The notes: a model not told the origin generated them from the letters alone. Shown: positions 1 to 7,979, numbered from the stretch's first letter. The stretch is DNA of 36,226 bases from Thermoplasmata archaeon (GCA_021831005.1 JAKBNO010000052.1:1-36226), one strand, 5' to 3'. Numbers and translations: made by a program.

Positions 1-40
1 GAAAATGAAAAAATGAATTTTCTCCATTAAACGCAGCAAT

Positions 41-57
41 AATGATTTCAAATCATT
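41..57. repeat. 17-nt perfect palindrome AATGATTT-C-AAATCATT, function unknown
   Basis: Read directly. The 8-nt arms are exact reverse complements around one central base. It lies in non-coding DNA at the left edge, upstream of tatA. Confidence 0.6.
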
Positions 58-122
58 CAACAGCATCGTACAGTCTTTGGTGGTAACAGTTTAAACCCTT
101 TTAGTTCGGCTTCCGGAACCGA

Positions 123-142
123 GTTTGCGCAAGTTTGTGCAA
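123..142. repeat. Tandem 10-bp direct repeat GTTTGCGCAA / GTTTGTGCAA (9/10 identical), possible regulator site
   Basis: Read directly. The first unit contains the palindrome TTGCGCAA (125-132). A second palindrome, TTCCGGAA, lies at 111-118. All are 60-100 nt upstream of tatA. Confidence 0.5.
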
Positions 143-182
143 ATCGGTGTAATGCCAGTTTTTACCATAAATCACCATTATG

Positions 183-190
183 TTAATATA
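183..190 (+). promoter_or_regulatory. TATA-box-like element for tatA
   Basis: TTAATATA is centred about 26 nt upstream of ATG 213, the spacing expected for an archaeal TATA box and a leaderless mRNA. Confidence 0.4.
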
Positions 191-212
191 GACGACTTAA
201 ATGCAAACTCAG

Positions 213-410
213 ATGTTAGGCAGCCCAACAGATTGGATAATATTGATCGTGGTCGTTCTGCTGGTTCTCGGCGGTTCAAAGAAGATACCTGAAGTCGCTA
301 AAGCACTAGGTCGCGCAATGGGTGAATTCAGGAAGGGACGGATGGAAGTCGAGAGAGAAATTAGCGAAGCGACAAAGTCCGAAGCCCCAAAACCCGAACC
401 CCACAATTAA
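213..410 (+). CDS. tatA: Twin-arginine translocase subunit TatA/E
   Basis: A TM helix (DWIILIVVVLLVLGG) is followed by the amphipathic SKKIPEVAKALGRAMGEFRKG segment, the TatA signature. The ORF track starts at ATG 201. ATG 213 (MLGSP...) is preferred because of the TATA spacing. Confidence 0.85.
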   Translation: MLGSPTDWIILIVVVLLVLGGSKKIPEVAKALGRAMGEFRKGRMEVEREISEATKSEAPKPEPHN

Positions 411-477
411 GCACCCTTTGAATTGACAGAAATCCGCACACGAGAGACCGTACGAGATTAGAGTTGATTATTGAATC

Positions 478-1149
478 TTATTTTTTACATCCTTCACACC
501 ATAGATAGTAGTCTAAGAAATCAATTTCTTCTTGTAGGAGTGTTTTCTCAAATTCTGGAAACTTTTTCCTCCTGACACTGTTGTAGCTTAGATTTTGCAA
601 TTGCTTTGTTTTCTCAAATACATCTTGCATCATACTATCCTTTCCCGTCTCAACGCCCTTAACTGCGAGGGATCCACCCTTCAACACTATCTTTTCCGGG
701 ATCGTAGAGCTTCCAAGAAGCAAGACTGGTTCTTCTTTATCCAAGACTATCTTGGTGTTTTCCGAGAAGAATGTCTCGTCCCCTAGGAGTGCGAGAGAGA
801 GACCGTTGTTAGTGGCAGTTCCGTTTATGGCAGTGAAAATTGGTTTTTCAAGGGCTATCCAGAAAAGGACTAAGCTCTGGATTCTCTTGTAGTAATCTCT
901 AAGGTCCGCATAGCTCTTGTTTTCTGGAACAGAAATACCCCTTGAGAAGATGTAGTTAGACCCAGTCAAGAGGACTGAAGATACCTGATCATCCAGGGCT
1001 GCGATAGAGAAGACCCTGATGAGTTCCTCCAGAAGCGTGTTATCGATGTGTCCCGGAGAAAGCAGAGTGACTACGCCAACAGTTTCCTCTCTCCAGAATG
1101 ATATCTTTTTGAACCCTTCGACCGAAGGCGCTGAAGATTTGTGAGTCAT
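478..1149 (-). CDS. Crotonase/enoyl-CoA hydratase-fold protein, apparently degenerate active site
   Basis: The 223-aa ORF follows the crotonase pattern: VGVVTLLSP..N, VLLTGSNYIFSRG, and KPIFTAINGTATNNGLSLALLGD. The usual GGG oxyanion-hole loop is NNG. The first catalytic Glu position (G-x-E-LA) reads G-L-S-LA. Confidence 0.6.
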   Translation of the reverse strand: MTHKSSAPSVEGFKKISFWREETVGVVTLLSPGHIDNTLLEELIRVFSIAALDDQVSSVLLTGSNYIFSRGISVPENKSYADLRDYYKRIQSLVLFWIALEKPIFTAINGTATNNGLSLALLGDETFFSENTKIVLDKEEPVLLLGSSTIPEKIVLKGGSLAVKGVETGKDSMMQDVFEKTKQLQNLSYNSVRRKKFPEFEKTLLQEEIDFLDYYLWCEGCKK

Positions 1150-1221
1150 TTATCATACCCTCTTTGTAAATTATCGGCTTATATGTTATTCAACTTATAG
1201 TTTTGTCCCGCGCTGCCGTGT

Positions 1222-2052
1222 TTACGTTGAAGTTGATTTCTGCTCCACCCGGAGTCTCTTGCTCAGAATCCATTTGGCCAGGAGCGCACCAGAAAAATAA
1301 AGAGCAATTATAATGAGCGCTATCGTTGTCTCCATAATTCCACCTGTTGCTCCTGGTGAAATGAGCAGAGCTACGAAGAATGCACCTATGATCGCATATC
1401 TCCAGTTCTTGAACCAGAAAGATGGTGGAACTACCCCGACATAGGAGAGAGAAAACACGATTATCGGTGTCTCGAAAATTGCACCCATCCCAGCTGTTAT
1501 CAATACCACTATCGAAACAAACTGCAGTATCCCAAGGGTGGGAAGCACGCCCACATCCATGGCAAAAGCATAAATGACGTGAAAGAGAATAGGCATGATC
1601 AGCTTCAAAGCAAATACGACCCCCACAACAAACAGGATCAATATCGGTATTATCGAAAATGTTACTGCCTTCCTCTCTCTCGGATATAGGGCTGTCTTGG
1701 AGAAACTCAAGAACTGGAATGCGAGGACTGGGATGACAATAGATAGCGAGAAGGCAAGGGAAATGTAGACAACACTCACGACTATGTCAAACGGGGCAAT
1801 GTTGATCAGTACCATCTTGGGTGGCACTAGGGAAGTTTCCATCAGTTTCAGGAGAACGACCGAAAAACTGTTGTAGAATGAAGGAAACGGATAGAAAAGG
1901 TTGTACCCGTCTAGCCTGAATGGTACCGGTCCTAAAAGGAAAAGTCCGAAGAAAATTATAATGAAGACTATGATCGTTCCCTTCAGCCTCGCAATCAGCT
2001 CGTCTATGTAAGTGAACAGCTTTCCCCCAAGTACTCCCCTATCTTGACTCAT
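1222..2052 (-). CDS. tatC: Twin-arginine translocase subunit TatC
   Basis: The 276-aa ORF is polytopic. It has TatC-like motifs: FSKTALYPRERK (the PGLY..ER equivalent), GAIFETPIIVF, and WRYAIIGAFFVALLISPG. Confidence 0.9.
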   Translation of the reverse strand: MSQDRGVLGGKLFTYIDELIARLKGTIIVFIIIFFGLFLLGPVPFRLDGYNLFYPFPSFYNSFSVVLLKLMETSLVPPKMVLINIAPFDIVVSVVYISLAFSLSIVIPVLAFQFLSFSKTALYPRERKAVTFSIIPILILFVVGVVFALKLIMPILFHVIYAFAMDVGVLPTLGILQFVSIVVLITAGMGAIFETPIIVFSLSYVGVVPPSFWFKNWRYAIIGAFFVALLISPGATGGIMETTIALIIIALYFSGALLAKWILSKRLRVEQKSTST

Positions 2053-2141
2053 CCTTATCTTTCGTAGGAGGACATTTAATACTAATAAAATAGTTATCGC
2101 AATTCTTTACCGAATTTTCCCCTCTCCCTGAATATGGACAG

Positions 2142-2150
2142 TATTTTATT
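2142..2150 (+). promoter_or_regulatory. TATA-box-like element for pyrF operon
   Basis: TATTTTATT is centred about 26 nt upstream of ATG 2172. The ORF-track TTG start (2151) directly abuts this element. Confidence 0.4.
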
Positions 2151-2171
2151 TTGAAACGGCATCACAGGCAG

Positions 2172-2789
2172 ATGGAAAGCAACATAATCCTTGCCCTAGA
2201 TATTGAAGATAAGGAGAAGGCACTAAAAGTGGCCACTGAAGTCAAGGGACTGGTAAAGGCTTACAAGGTTGGCTATCCACTCATCCTTTCAACAGGATCC
2301 AGTGTAGTCAAAGAGGTCTCAAATATCGGAGAGGTGATCGTGGACATCAAGATAGCGGACATACCAGATGTCTCTAGAAACATAGCCAAAAATTTGACGG
2401 AACAAGGTGCACAAGGAGTGATCATGCAAGGATTTGTGGGAAGAGATGTCGTCAGGGAAGTCAGAAAGGTAGCAAGGGACCTTTATATCGTGGCTGAGAT
2501 GTCTCACCCCGGAAACACAGACTTCATATCTGGCAACTCGGAAAAGATCGCGATGATGGCAAAGGAGGAAGGAGCTGATGGTATCGTTGCACCAGCTACA
2601 CATCCAGAGAGGATACGTGCACTGAAGAAAATATCTGGATTGAAAGTACTCTCCCCTGGGGTTGGAACTCAAGGCGGAAGCTACAAAGTGGCGATGGACA
2701 GCGGGGCAGACTACCTCATAATCGGAAGGAGCATAACTTTGTCTTCCGACCCGAAACAAAAGATTAAAGAATTATTGTCACAAAGGTGA
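2172..2789 (+). CDS. pyrF: Orotidine 5'-phosphate decarboxylase
   Basis: Motifs are ILALD, VDIKIADIPDV (DxKxxDIP) and SPGVGTQGG..IIGRSI. ATG 2172 (MESNIILALD) is preferred over TTG 2151. The stop overlaps the next start (GTGA). Confidence 0.9.
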   Translation: MESNIILALDIEDKEKALKVATEVKGLVKAYKVGYPLILSTGSSVVKEVSNIGEVIVDIKIADIPDVSRNIAKNLTEQGAQGVIMQGFVGRDVVREVRKVARDLYIVAEMSHPGNTDFISGNSEKIAMMAKEEGADGIVAPATHPERIRALKKISGLKVLSPGVGTQGGSYKVAMDSGADYLIIGRSITLSSDPKQKIKELLSQR

Positions 2790-3967
2790 GGCAGTTGCAA
2801 CTCACAAAAGAAGAAGAGAAGATATTCGAGGGGGAAATGGGAGATGCACCGAAGCTCGCAATAAGGTTACTGTATTCTCTGGGAGAGCTGGGTGAGGCAG
2901 AGAGACTGATACCCATCAAGTCGGCTCACATTTCTGGTGTTTCGTACAAGAACGTCGGCGAAGGCGGGATAGAGTTCCTCAAGAAAATGATGCACAAGGT
3001 TTCGGTTCCGACCTCTCTCAATCCACTGGGTTTTGATATCGAGAACGGTGGGCCAGTTGACATAGACGAAACGTTCCACAAGAAACAGATGGAGATAATT
3101 GGGATCTATCAGAAGATGGGAGTAATGGATAGCTTCACCTGCACCCCATATTACTTTTACAACGAACCGAGTTTTGGAGATCACATCTCTTGGGCCGAGA
3201 GCTCCGCGATCATCTATGTGAACTCTCTCATAGGAGCGAGGACCAACAGGGAGAGCGGTCCATCTGCACTGGCATCCGCCATAATAGGAAAGACCCCTGA
3301 CAGCGGCCTCCACCGGGATGAGGGAAGAAAAGCGACAGTTGTCGTGAATGTAGCAGAGAAGCTTGACTATACGCGATTTGCTGCGCTCGGTCTTTTTCTC
3401 GGACCAAAATTGAACAGGAACATTCCAATCATTAAAGGGCAGAAGGAAGCAAAAGGGATTGAACTGAAAGCTCTTTCAGCCGCCCTGTCTGCAACTTCAT
3501 CCATTCCCATGTTCCACGTGGACGGGATAACGAAAGAAACGAGTCTTGTATCTGACTCCCCTGAAACGATAAACGTGGAGAAGAGTGACATCGATGAAAC
3601 CATCAGTAAGAATTCGGCTCAAGAGGAGCCGGAGCTCATCGCAATAGGTTGCCCTCACCTTTCGTCTGAGGAGCTAGATTACATAGCAAGATTGGTTAAG
3701 GGAAAGAAGAAGGTTGGACCCGACCTGTTCCTGTTTACTTCCAGAGAGGTCAAGGCTCGATCATTGGAATCCGTAAAGACCATAGAGAATTTTGGAGGAA
3801 AGGTATTTTCTGATACCTGCATGGTTGTTTCGCCGCTGAGCAATAACTACAGCAAAACAGGAACCAATTCTGGAAAAGCGACCTTCTATCTACCTCTAAA
3901 GGGATATGGGAACCAGAAGGTTGCCTTCATGGGAATATTGGACTTGCTGAAGTGGGTGATAGGGTGA
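2786..3967 (+). CDS. AcnX-type (DUF521) large subunit, putative phosphomevalonate dehydratase large subunit
   Basis: The 393-aa ORF has an N-terminus LTKEEEKIFEGEMGDAPKLAIRLL...IPIKSAHISGVSY typical of DUF521/aconitase-X. It is paired with a DUF126-type ORF immediately downstream. It has a GTG start and a 4-nt overlap with pyrF. Confidence 0.75.
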   Translation: MRQLQLTKEEEKIFEGEMGDAPKLAIRLLYSLGELGEAERLIPIKSAHISGVSYKNVGEGGIEFLKKMMHKVSVPTSLNPLGFDIENGGPVDIDETFHKKQMEIIGIYQKMGVMDSFTCTPYYFYNEPSFGDHISWAESSAIIYVNSLIGARTNRESGPSALASAIIGKTPDSGLHRDEGRKATVVVNVAEKLDYTRFAALGLFLGPKLNRNIPIIKGQKEAKGIELKALSAALSATSSIPMFHVDGITKETSLVSDSPETINVEKSDIDETISKNSAQEEPELIAIGCPHLSSEELDYIARLVKGKKKVGPDLFLFTSREVKARSLESVKTIENFGGKVFSDTCMVVSPLSNNYSKTGTNSGKATFYLPLKGYGNQKVAFMGILDLLKWVIG

Positions 3968-4746
3968 TGAAAGGACGCGGACTGTCTCCAGGCAAGGCCA
4001 CTTCCGATGTCGTTGTCTGTAACCAGCTCATTTCGCCTCTCGGCGAGATCAGCAGGGATGGATTCGTGACCAGCGGACCTTGCGAAAACACAAACATAAC
4101 TGGAAAGGTGTTGGCGTTCAAGGGGGGACGTGGTTCCACTGTCGGATCCTACACATTCCTTGAGTTAAAGACGAGAAACATTGCACCAACTGGACTGATA
4201 AATGAGGCTGCGGAACAGATGGTAGTTACCGGGGCAATAATATCTGAGATACCGATGGTCGACAGAGTACCGCTAGATGTCTTCTTGAAGGGGGACAGAG
4301 TTTCAATGAATGGCTCCACCGGAGATGTTTCTATACTTAATGTGAAGGAGAGGAGAGTAGCAACTGTCTATCTCATGCACGACGGAAATCTCCTGTTGCT
4401 TAAGAGGTCACGGGATATGCCATCGTACCCTGGACAAATAGGCGGCATCTCTGGTTTCATTGAAGAAGGGGAAACTCCTGAACAGACCGGGAGACGAGAG
4501 ATGCTGGAAGAATGTTCGACAGAAGATGCAAAGCTCAGGAAGATTGGAAAAGAGATCTATGTCAGGAACGACGGGAATCTTTACGGCATCACACCGATGA
4601 TTATGGAGACAAGAACAGCAAAAGTGAAACTGAACGAAGAAAACTCCGAATTCTACTGGATCAAACCTGGAGATTTACAATCCTACAAAACGGTTCCAAA
4701 ATTTCAAGAAACTTTTCTCTCTCTCTTAGGCAGGACCGGTACCTAG
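3967..4746 (+). CDS. AcnX-type small subunit (DUF126) fused to a C-terminal Nudix hydrolase domain
   Basis: The N-terminal ~128 aa are DUF126-like: GKVLAFKGGRGSTVGSYTFLEL, APTGLIN, GAIISEIPMV. The C-terminal ~130 aa carry a near-canonical Nudix box GFIEEGETPEQTGRREMLEECST (nt 4453-4521). There is no stop between the two parts. ATG 3967 overlaps the upstream stop (TGATG). The ORF track starts at 3952. Confidence 0.75.
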   Translation: MKGRGLSPGKATSDVVVCNQLISPLGEISRDGFVTSGPCENTNITGKVLAFKGGRGSTVGSYTFLELKTRNIAPTGLINEAAEQMVVTGAIISEIPMVDRVPLDVFLKGDRVSMNGSTGDVSILNVKERRVATVYLMHDGNLLLLKRSRDMPSYPGQIGGISGFIEEGETPEQTGRREMLEECSTEDAKLRKIGKEIYVRNDGNLYGITPMIMETRTAKVKLNEENSEFYWIKPGDLQSYKTVPKFQETFLSLLGRTGT

Positions 4747-4804
4747 ATTCCTAGGATTTCACACATTCACAATTCGATGCAAAACGAGACTACCAGAAAT
4801 ACAG

Positions 4805-4813
4805 TATTTATAC
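4805..4813 (+). promoter_or_regulatory. TATA-box-like element for asnS
   Basis: TATTTATAC is centred about 25 nt upstream of ATG 4834. Confidence 0.45.
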
Positions 4814-4833
4814 AGAGAGAAATTAGGGGATTC

Positions 4834-6120
4834 ATGCACGTGAACGATGTACTGGACGACAGCCGCGTAGATACCCTGGTAAACGTTCGAGGCTGGGTCT
4901 ATAGGTCTAGAGAATCTGGTCGACTCATATTCTTGGTCATCAGAGACTCGACAAATATCGTTCAGGTTGTTGTGGAGAAGGGCACCGTCACTCCAGAAGA
5001 ATTCGAAATGGCAAAGAAGTCCAATATCGAGACCTCAATCGAAGTGGAAGGGAAGGTTTCGAAGGAGCAGAAGGCGGTCACCGGCTATGAAATCCACGCG
5101 ACAAAGGTCAAAGTCTACCAGTTCGCTGAAAATTTCCCGATCACAAAGGACAAGAGCGACGAGTTTCTGCTCGACATCAGACATCTCTGGTTGAGGAGCA
5201 GGGAGATGACTGCCATTATGAAAATGAGGGAGACAGTTCTCGACTCGATCCGCTATTTCATGAGAGAAAGAGGATACCACGAAGTGCAACCACCCATGTT
5301 CGTGGGTGGAATGGTCGAGGGTGGTTCCACCCTCTTCGAGGTTCCGTACTTTGGTGAGAAGGCTTATCTCACTCAATCCTCGCAGTTCTACTTGGAAGCA
5401 TTCATGTATTCACTTGAAAGTGTGTACACCATATCCCCCTCGTTCAGAGCAGAGAAGTCCAGGACAAGGAGACACCTCACTGAATACTCACACTATGAGG
5501 CAGAAGCTGCTTGGGTTGGAAACCAGCAGATGATGGATCTGGAAGAGGACATGATCATAGCCATAGCCCAAAGCCTGCTTTCCTCGAACAAGGGAGAACT
5601 CGAAATCGTCAAGAGAGACCTGAACAAGATCAAGAGGGTTGAAAAACCATTCTACAGGTATCGCTACGAAAAGGTAATAGAAATAGGAAGACAGAAGGGT
5701 CTCCAGTTGGACGACGTGACCGACTTAGGAGAGAAGGAGGAGAGGACTATAACCGAAGATTTTGACAAACCCATTTTCGTCTATAACTTCCCGACAGAGC
5801 TCAAACCATTCTACCATAGACCCGACCCAGAAGATCCGTCCCACGTAATGAACCACGACGTTCTGGCCCCCGAAGGGTATGGAGAAATAATCGGAGGGGG
5901 AGAAAGAATATGGAACAAGGACGAGCTGATCTCAAGGATGAGGAACGATAACCTGAATCCTGAAGATTATCAATGGTACGTTGACCTGAGGAGCTTTGGT
6001 AGCGTTCCTCATTCTGGTTTTGGACTTGGAGTTGACCGTCTGCTTACCTGGCTTGCTGGATTGGATCACATCAACAAGGTCGTTCCATTTCCGAGGACAA
6101 TAAGACGGCTTAAACCTTAG
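4834..6120 (+). CDS. asnS: Asparaginyl-tRNA synthetase
   Basis: This is a class IIb aaRS. It has the motif-2 region FRAEKSRTRRHLTEY characteristic of AsnRS. Also present are LAPEGYGEIIGGGER and the C-terminus GFGLGVDRLLTWL...PFPRTIRRLKP. ATG 4834 (MHVNDVL) is preferred over the ORF-track start 4777 because of the TATA position. Confidence 0.9.
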   Translation: MHVNDVLDDSRVDTLVNVRGWVYRSRESGRLIFLVIRDSTNIVQVVVEKGTVTPEEFEMAKKSNIETSIEVEGKVSKEQKAVTGYEIHATKVKVYQFAENFPITKDKSDEFLLDIRHLWLRSREMTAIMKMRETVLDSIRYFMRERGYHEVQPPMFVGGMVEGGSTLFEVPYFGEKAYLTQSSQFYLEAFMYSLESVYTISPSFRAEKSRTRRHLTEYSHYEAEAAWVGNQQMMDLEEDMIIAIAQSLLSSNKGELEIVKRDLNKIKRVEKPFYRYRYEKVIEIGRQKGLQLDDVTDLGEKEERTITEDFDKPIFVYNFPTELKPFYHRPDPEDPSHVMNHDVLAPEGYGEIIGGGERIWNKDELISRMRNDNLNPEDYQWYVDLRSFGSVPHSGFGLGVDRLLTWLAGLDHINKVVPFPRTIRRLKP

Positions 6121-6228
6121 GCTGTGGAGTTGAAGCTTCAACAGTCTGGAACATTACCATCGGCTGACCGATCAAAATTAGTCCTGTCGTTCTAATACAA
6201 TTTTTATTCAACCTATTTATTAGCTTAC

Positions 6229-6477
6229 GTGCGGTGCATTTTTTCGGACCTCAAGGACGTTTGTCATTTCAAGTACCCGGGATACAAGTGCATACAGGAA
6301 GAGTGTGATATTTGGGGCCACCACAAGGCACTTGAGAATGAGTGTGTCTACTTGGATGCACATGGCTGCTCAAAACTCAACCTCCTCGCATGCAAAGGTA
6401 AGGATAACTGTGTCTTTTTCAGGGAATTTTTTGAATCTCCTGTAGAGATTCCTAAAGTAGTGGATCGGACAAAATAA
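6229..6477 (+). CDS. Hypothetical Cys/His-rich small protein (82 aa)
   Basis: The open frame contains 8 Cys and 4 His and no CxxC pairs. It has a GTG start. A TATA-like TTTTTATT (6201-6208) lies about 25 nt upstream. I recognise no family. Confidence 0.4.
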   Translation: MRCIFSDLKDVCHFKYPGYKCIQEECDIWGHHKALENECVYLDAHGCSKLNLLACKGKDNCVFFREFFESPVEIPKVVDRTK

Positions 6478-6632
6478 TTTTAGTCACGTAGTCATAATCC
6501 GTTACGAAGTGCATAGTCTGCGGGAAGGAAGTTGATCGGTCGACTGTCATCTGTGAAGATTGCAAGAAGGGAAGCATCACCGAAGGGTTTGTCAAATCAA
6601 TCAAGATCAAGCGGTGCCCGCATTGCGGCTCA

Positions 6633-7532
6633 GTGTTCTTGGGCGGATGGTCTGAGAAATCAATAAAGGAAGATGATGTTATAAATTCGGTTATCGAGTC
6701 GGTATTCAATATTACGGAACCTTCGTTCGAGGTGAGCGGCGATGAATACAACAGAAAGATATCTTACGAAGGAATATCATCAAAAGACGGAGAGCAAAGG
6801 AAGGGGCAGTTTTTCCTTCACACATCCCTGTCCACGTGCCCTGTTTGCACGAAGAAACTGGGCAATTATCACGAGGCTATCCTTCAGCTCAGGGGAGAGA
6901 AAGGTGAACGACAGGATTTCATCCTGAGCTACCTCGTCGATCTGGTCGACAACGCTCAATCCAAAGACGTATTCCTGACCAAGATGGACCGGATCAAGGA
7001 GGGCTATGATCTCTTCCTTTCGGACAAACAGTTTGCAAGGTCCATGGCGAGGAAGGCCATAGATCGGTTCGGAGGGTCCTTCAAGGAAACGTCGCACCTA
7101 GTGGGCATGAAGAATGGTACCGAACTCTACAGGATAACCGTATCCGTCCGCATTCCAAATTTCCAGAAGGGAGATGTGCTTAAAACTGACAAGAACCTCT
7201 ATCTAGTGGTGTCAATCAAAGCAGATCTGGTGACTCTGATAAGCTTCGCCAGTCGATCGAGGTCAAAAAAGAAACTTGAGGATTTAGAAGATCGTACTGT
7301 CTACCGGAATGGTGAAGATATAAAAGAGGCCGAAATTCTGTACAGAGAGGGAAAGACAGCGTACATAATGGATCCCTTCGATTTCAAGGAGAAAGCAGTT
7401 GTTGATGCTGATGGATCAGCCAGGTTGAAAGTTGTCAGGGTGGATGAAGAGCTTTTTGTCGTGCCATCGATACAGGCATCAAGAGTGACCAGTCCAATTC
7501 TTGCTTCCGATCGATCCGACAATAAGGATTGA
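6633..7532 (+). CDS. NMD3-family protein (archaeal homologue of the 60S export adaptor); coding region very probably begins near 6501
   Basis: It contains CPVC...YHEAILQLRG typical of NMD3. The same frame is open from 6498 and encodes TKCIVCGKEVDRSTVICEDCKK...KRCPHCG, the expected N-terminal CxxC knuckles. There is no ATG/GTG/TTG before GTG 6633. Confidence 0.8.
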   Translation: MFLGGWSEKSIKEDDVINSVIESVFNITEPSFEVSGDEYNRKISYEGISSKDGEQRKGQFFLHTSLSTCPVCTKKLGNYHEAILQLRGEKGERQDFILSYLVDLVDNAQSKDVFLTKMDRIKEGYDLFLSDKQFARSMARKAIDRFGGSFKETSHLVGMKNGTELYRITVSVRIPNFQKGDVLKTDKNLYLVVSIKADLVTLISFASRSRSKKKLEDLEDRTVYRNGEDIKEAEILYREGKTAYIMDPFDFKEKAVVDADGSARLKVVRVDEELFVVPSIQASRVTSPILASDRSDNKD

Positions 7533-7538
7533 AAAGAA

Positions 7539-7546
7539 TTAAATTT
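7539..7546 (+). promoter_or_regulatory. TATA-box-like element
   Basis: TTAAATTT is centred about 25 nt upstream of ATG 7567. Confidence 0.4.
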
Positions 7547-7566
7547 CAATTACAAGTTCTAATCCA

Positions 7567-7965
7567 ATGGGCGCACAAAGCATTGCCATCACCTCTGCAA
7601 CGATGGGCTTCGTGAACATCATAATAGCTCTGGTAGTTTTGTGGATAGTTACTTCTGTTCCTCTTTATCTTGCGTCCAAGGTAATAATTCACAATCGGTC
7701 CAGTTTCTGGTACGCTATGGGTGGGACATTTATTGGAGCCATCGTTTTTCTTTTGTTCGGAGCTCTGTTCGGTCTTATATTCCCAATTCTTGGTCTCTTC
7801 TTCGGGTTCATTGGGATTATGCTGGTTCTAATGGGCGTATATCAGATCGACCTTGGGCGAGCATTCCTGCTCGCCTTTGTCACTTTCATTGTGTACCTCA
7901 TCCTATCGTTTCTGTTGGCGCTCCTGGGAGTTTCATTGGCTTTCATTCAACTTCACCTGCTCTAA
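7567..7965 (+). CDS. Hypothetical integral membrane protein (132 aa, about 4 TM segments)
   Basis: The ORF is strongly hydrophobic with Gly-rich helices (FGALFGLIFPILGLFFGFIGIMLVLMG). A promoter-like element sits at the right distance. I recognise no family. Confidence 0.6.
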   Translation: MGAQSIAITSATMGFVNIIIALVVLWIVTSVPLYLASKVIIHNRSSFWYAMGGTFIGAIVFLLFGALFGLIFPILGLFFGFIGIMLVLMGVYQIDLGRAFLLAFVTFIVYLILSFLLALLGVSLAFIQLHLL

Positions 7966-7979
7966 TTGTGGCCGGTGAA

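Noticed and set aside
6129-6142. Perfect 14-nt palindrome GTTGAAGCTTCAAC immediately after the asnS stop, considered as a terminator.
   Set aside because: No oligo-T tract follows, and archaeal termination mainly relies on T-runs. The stem is short, with a 4-nt centre. I note it only as a sequence curiosity.
6452-6751. Minus-strand 99-aa ORF.
   Set aside because: It lies antisense to the NMD3 N-terminal region, whose CxxC knuckles identify the plus strand as coding.
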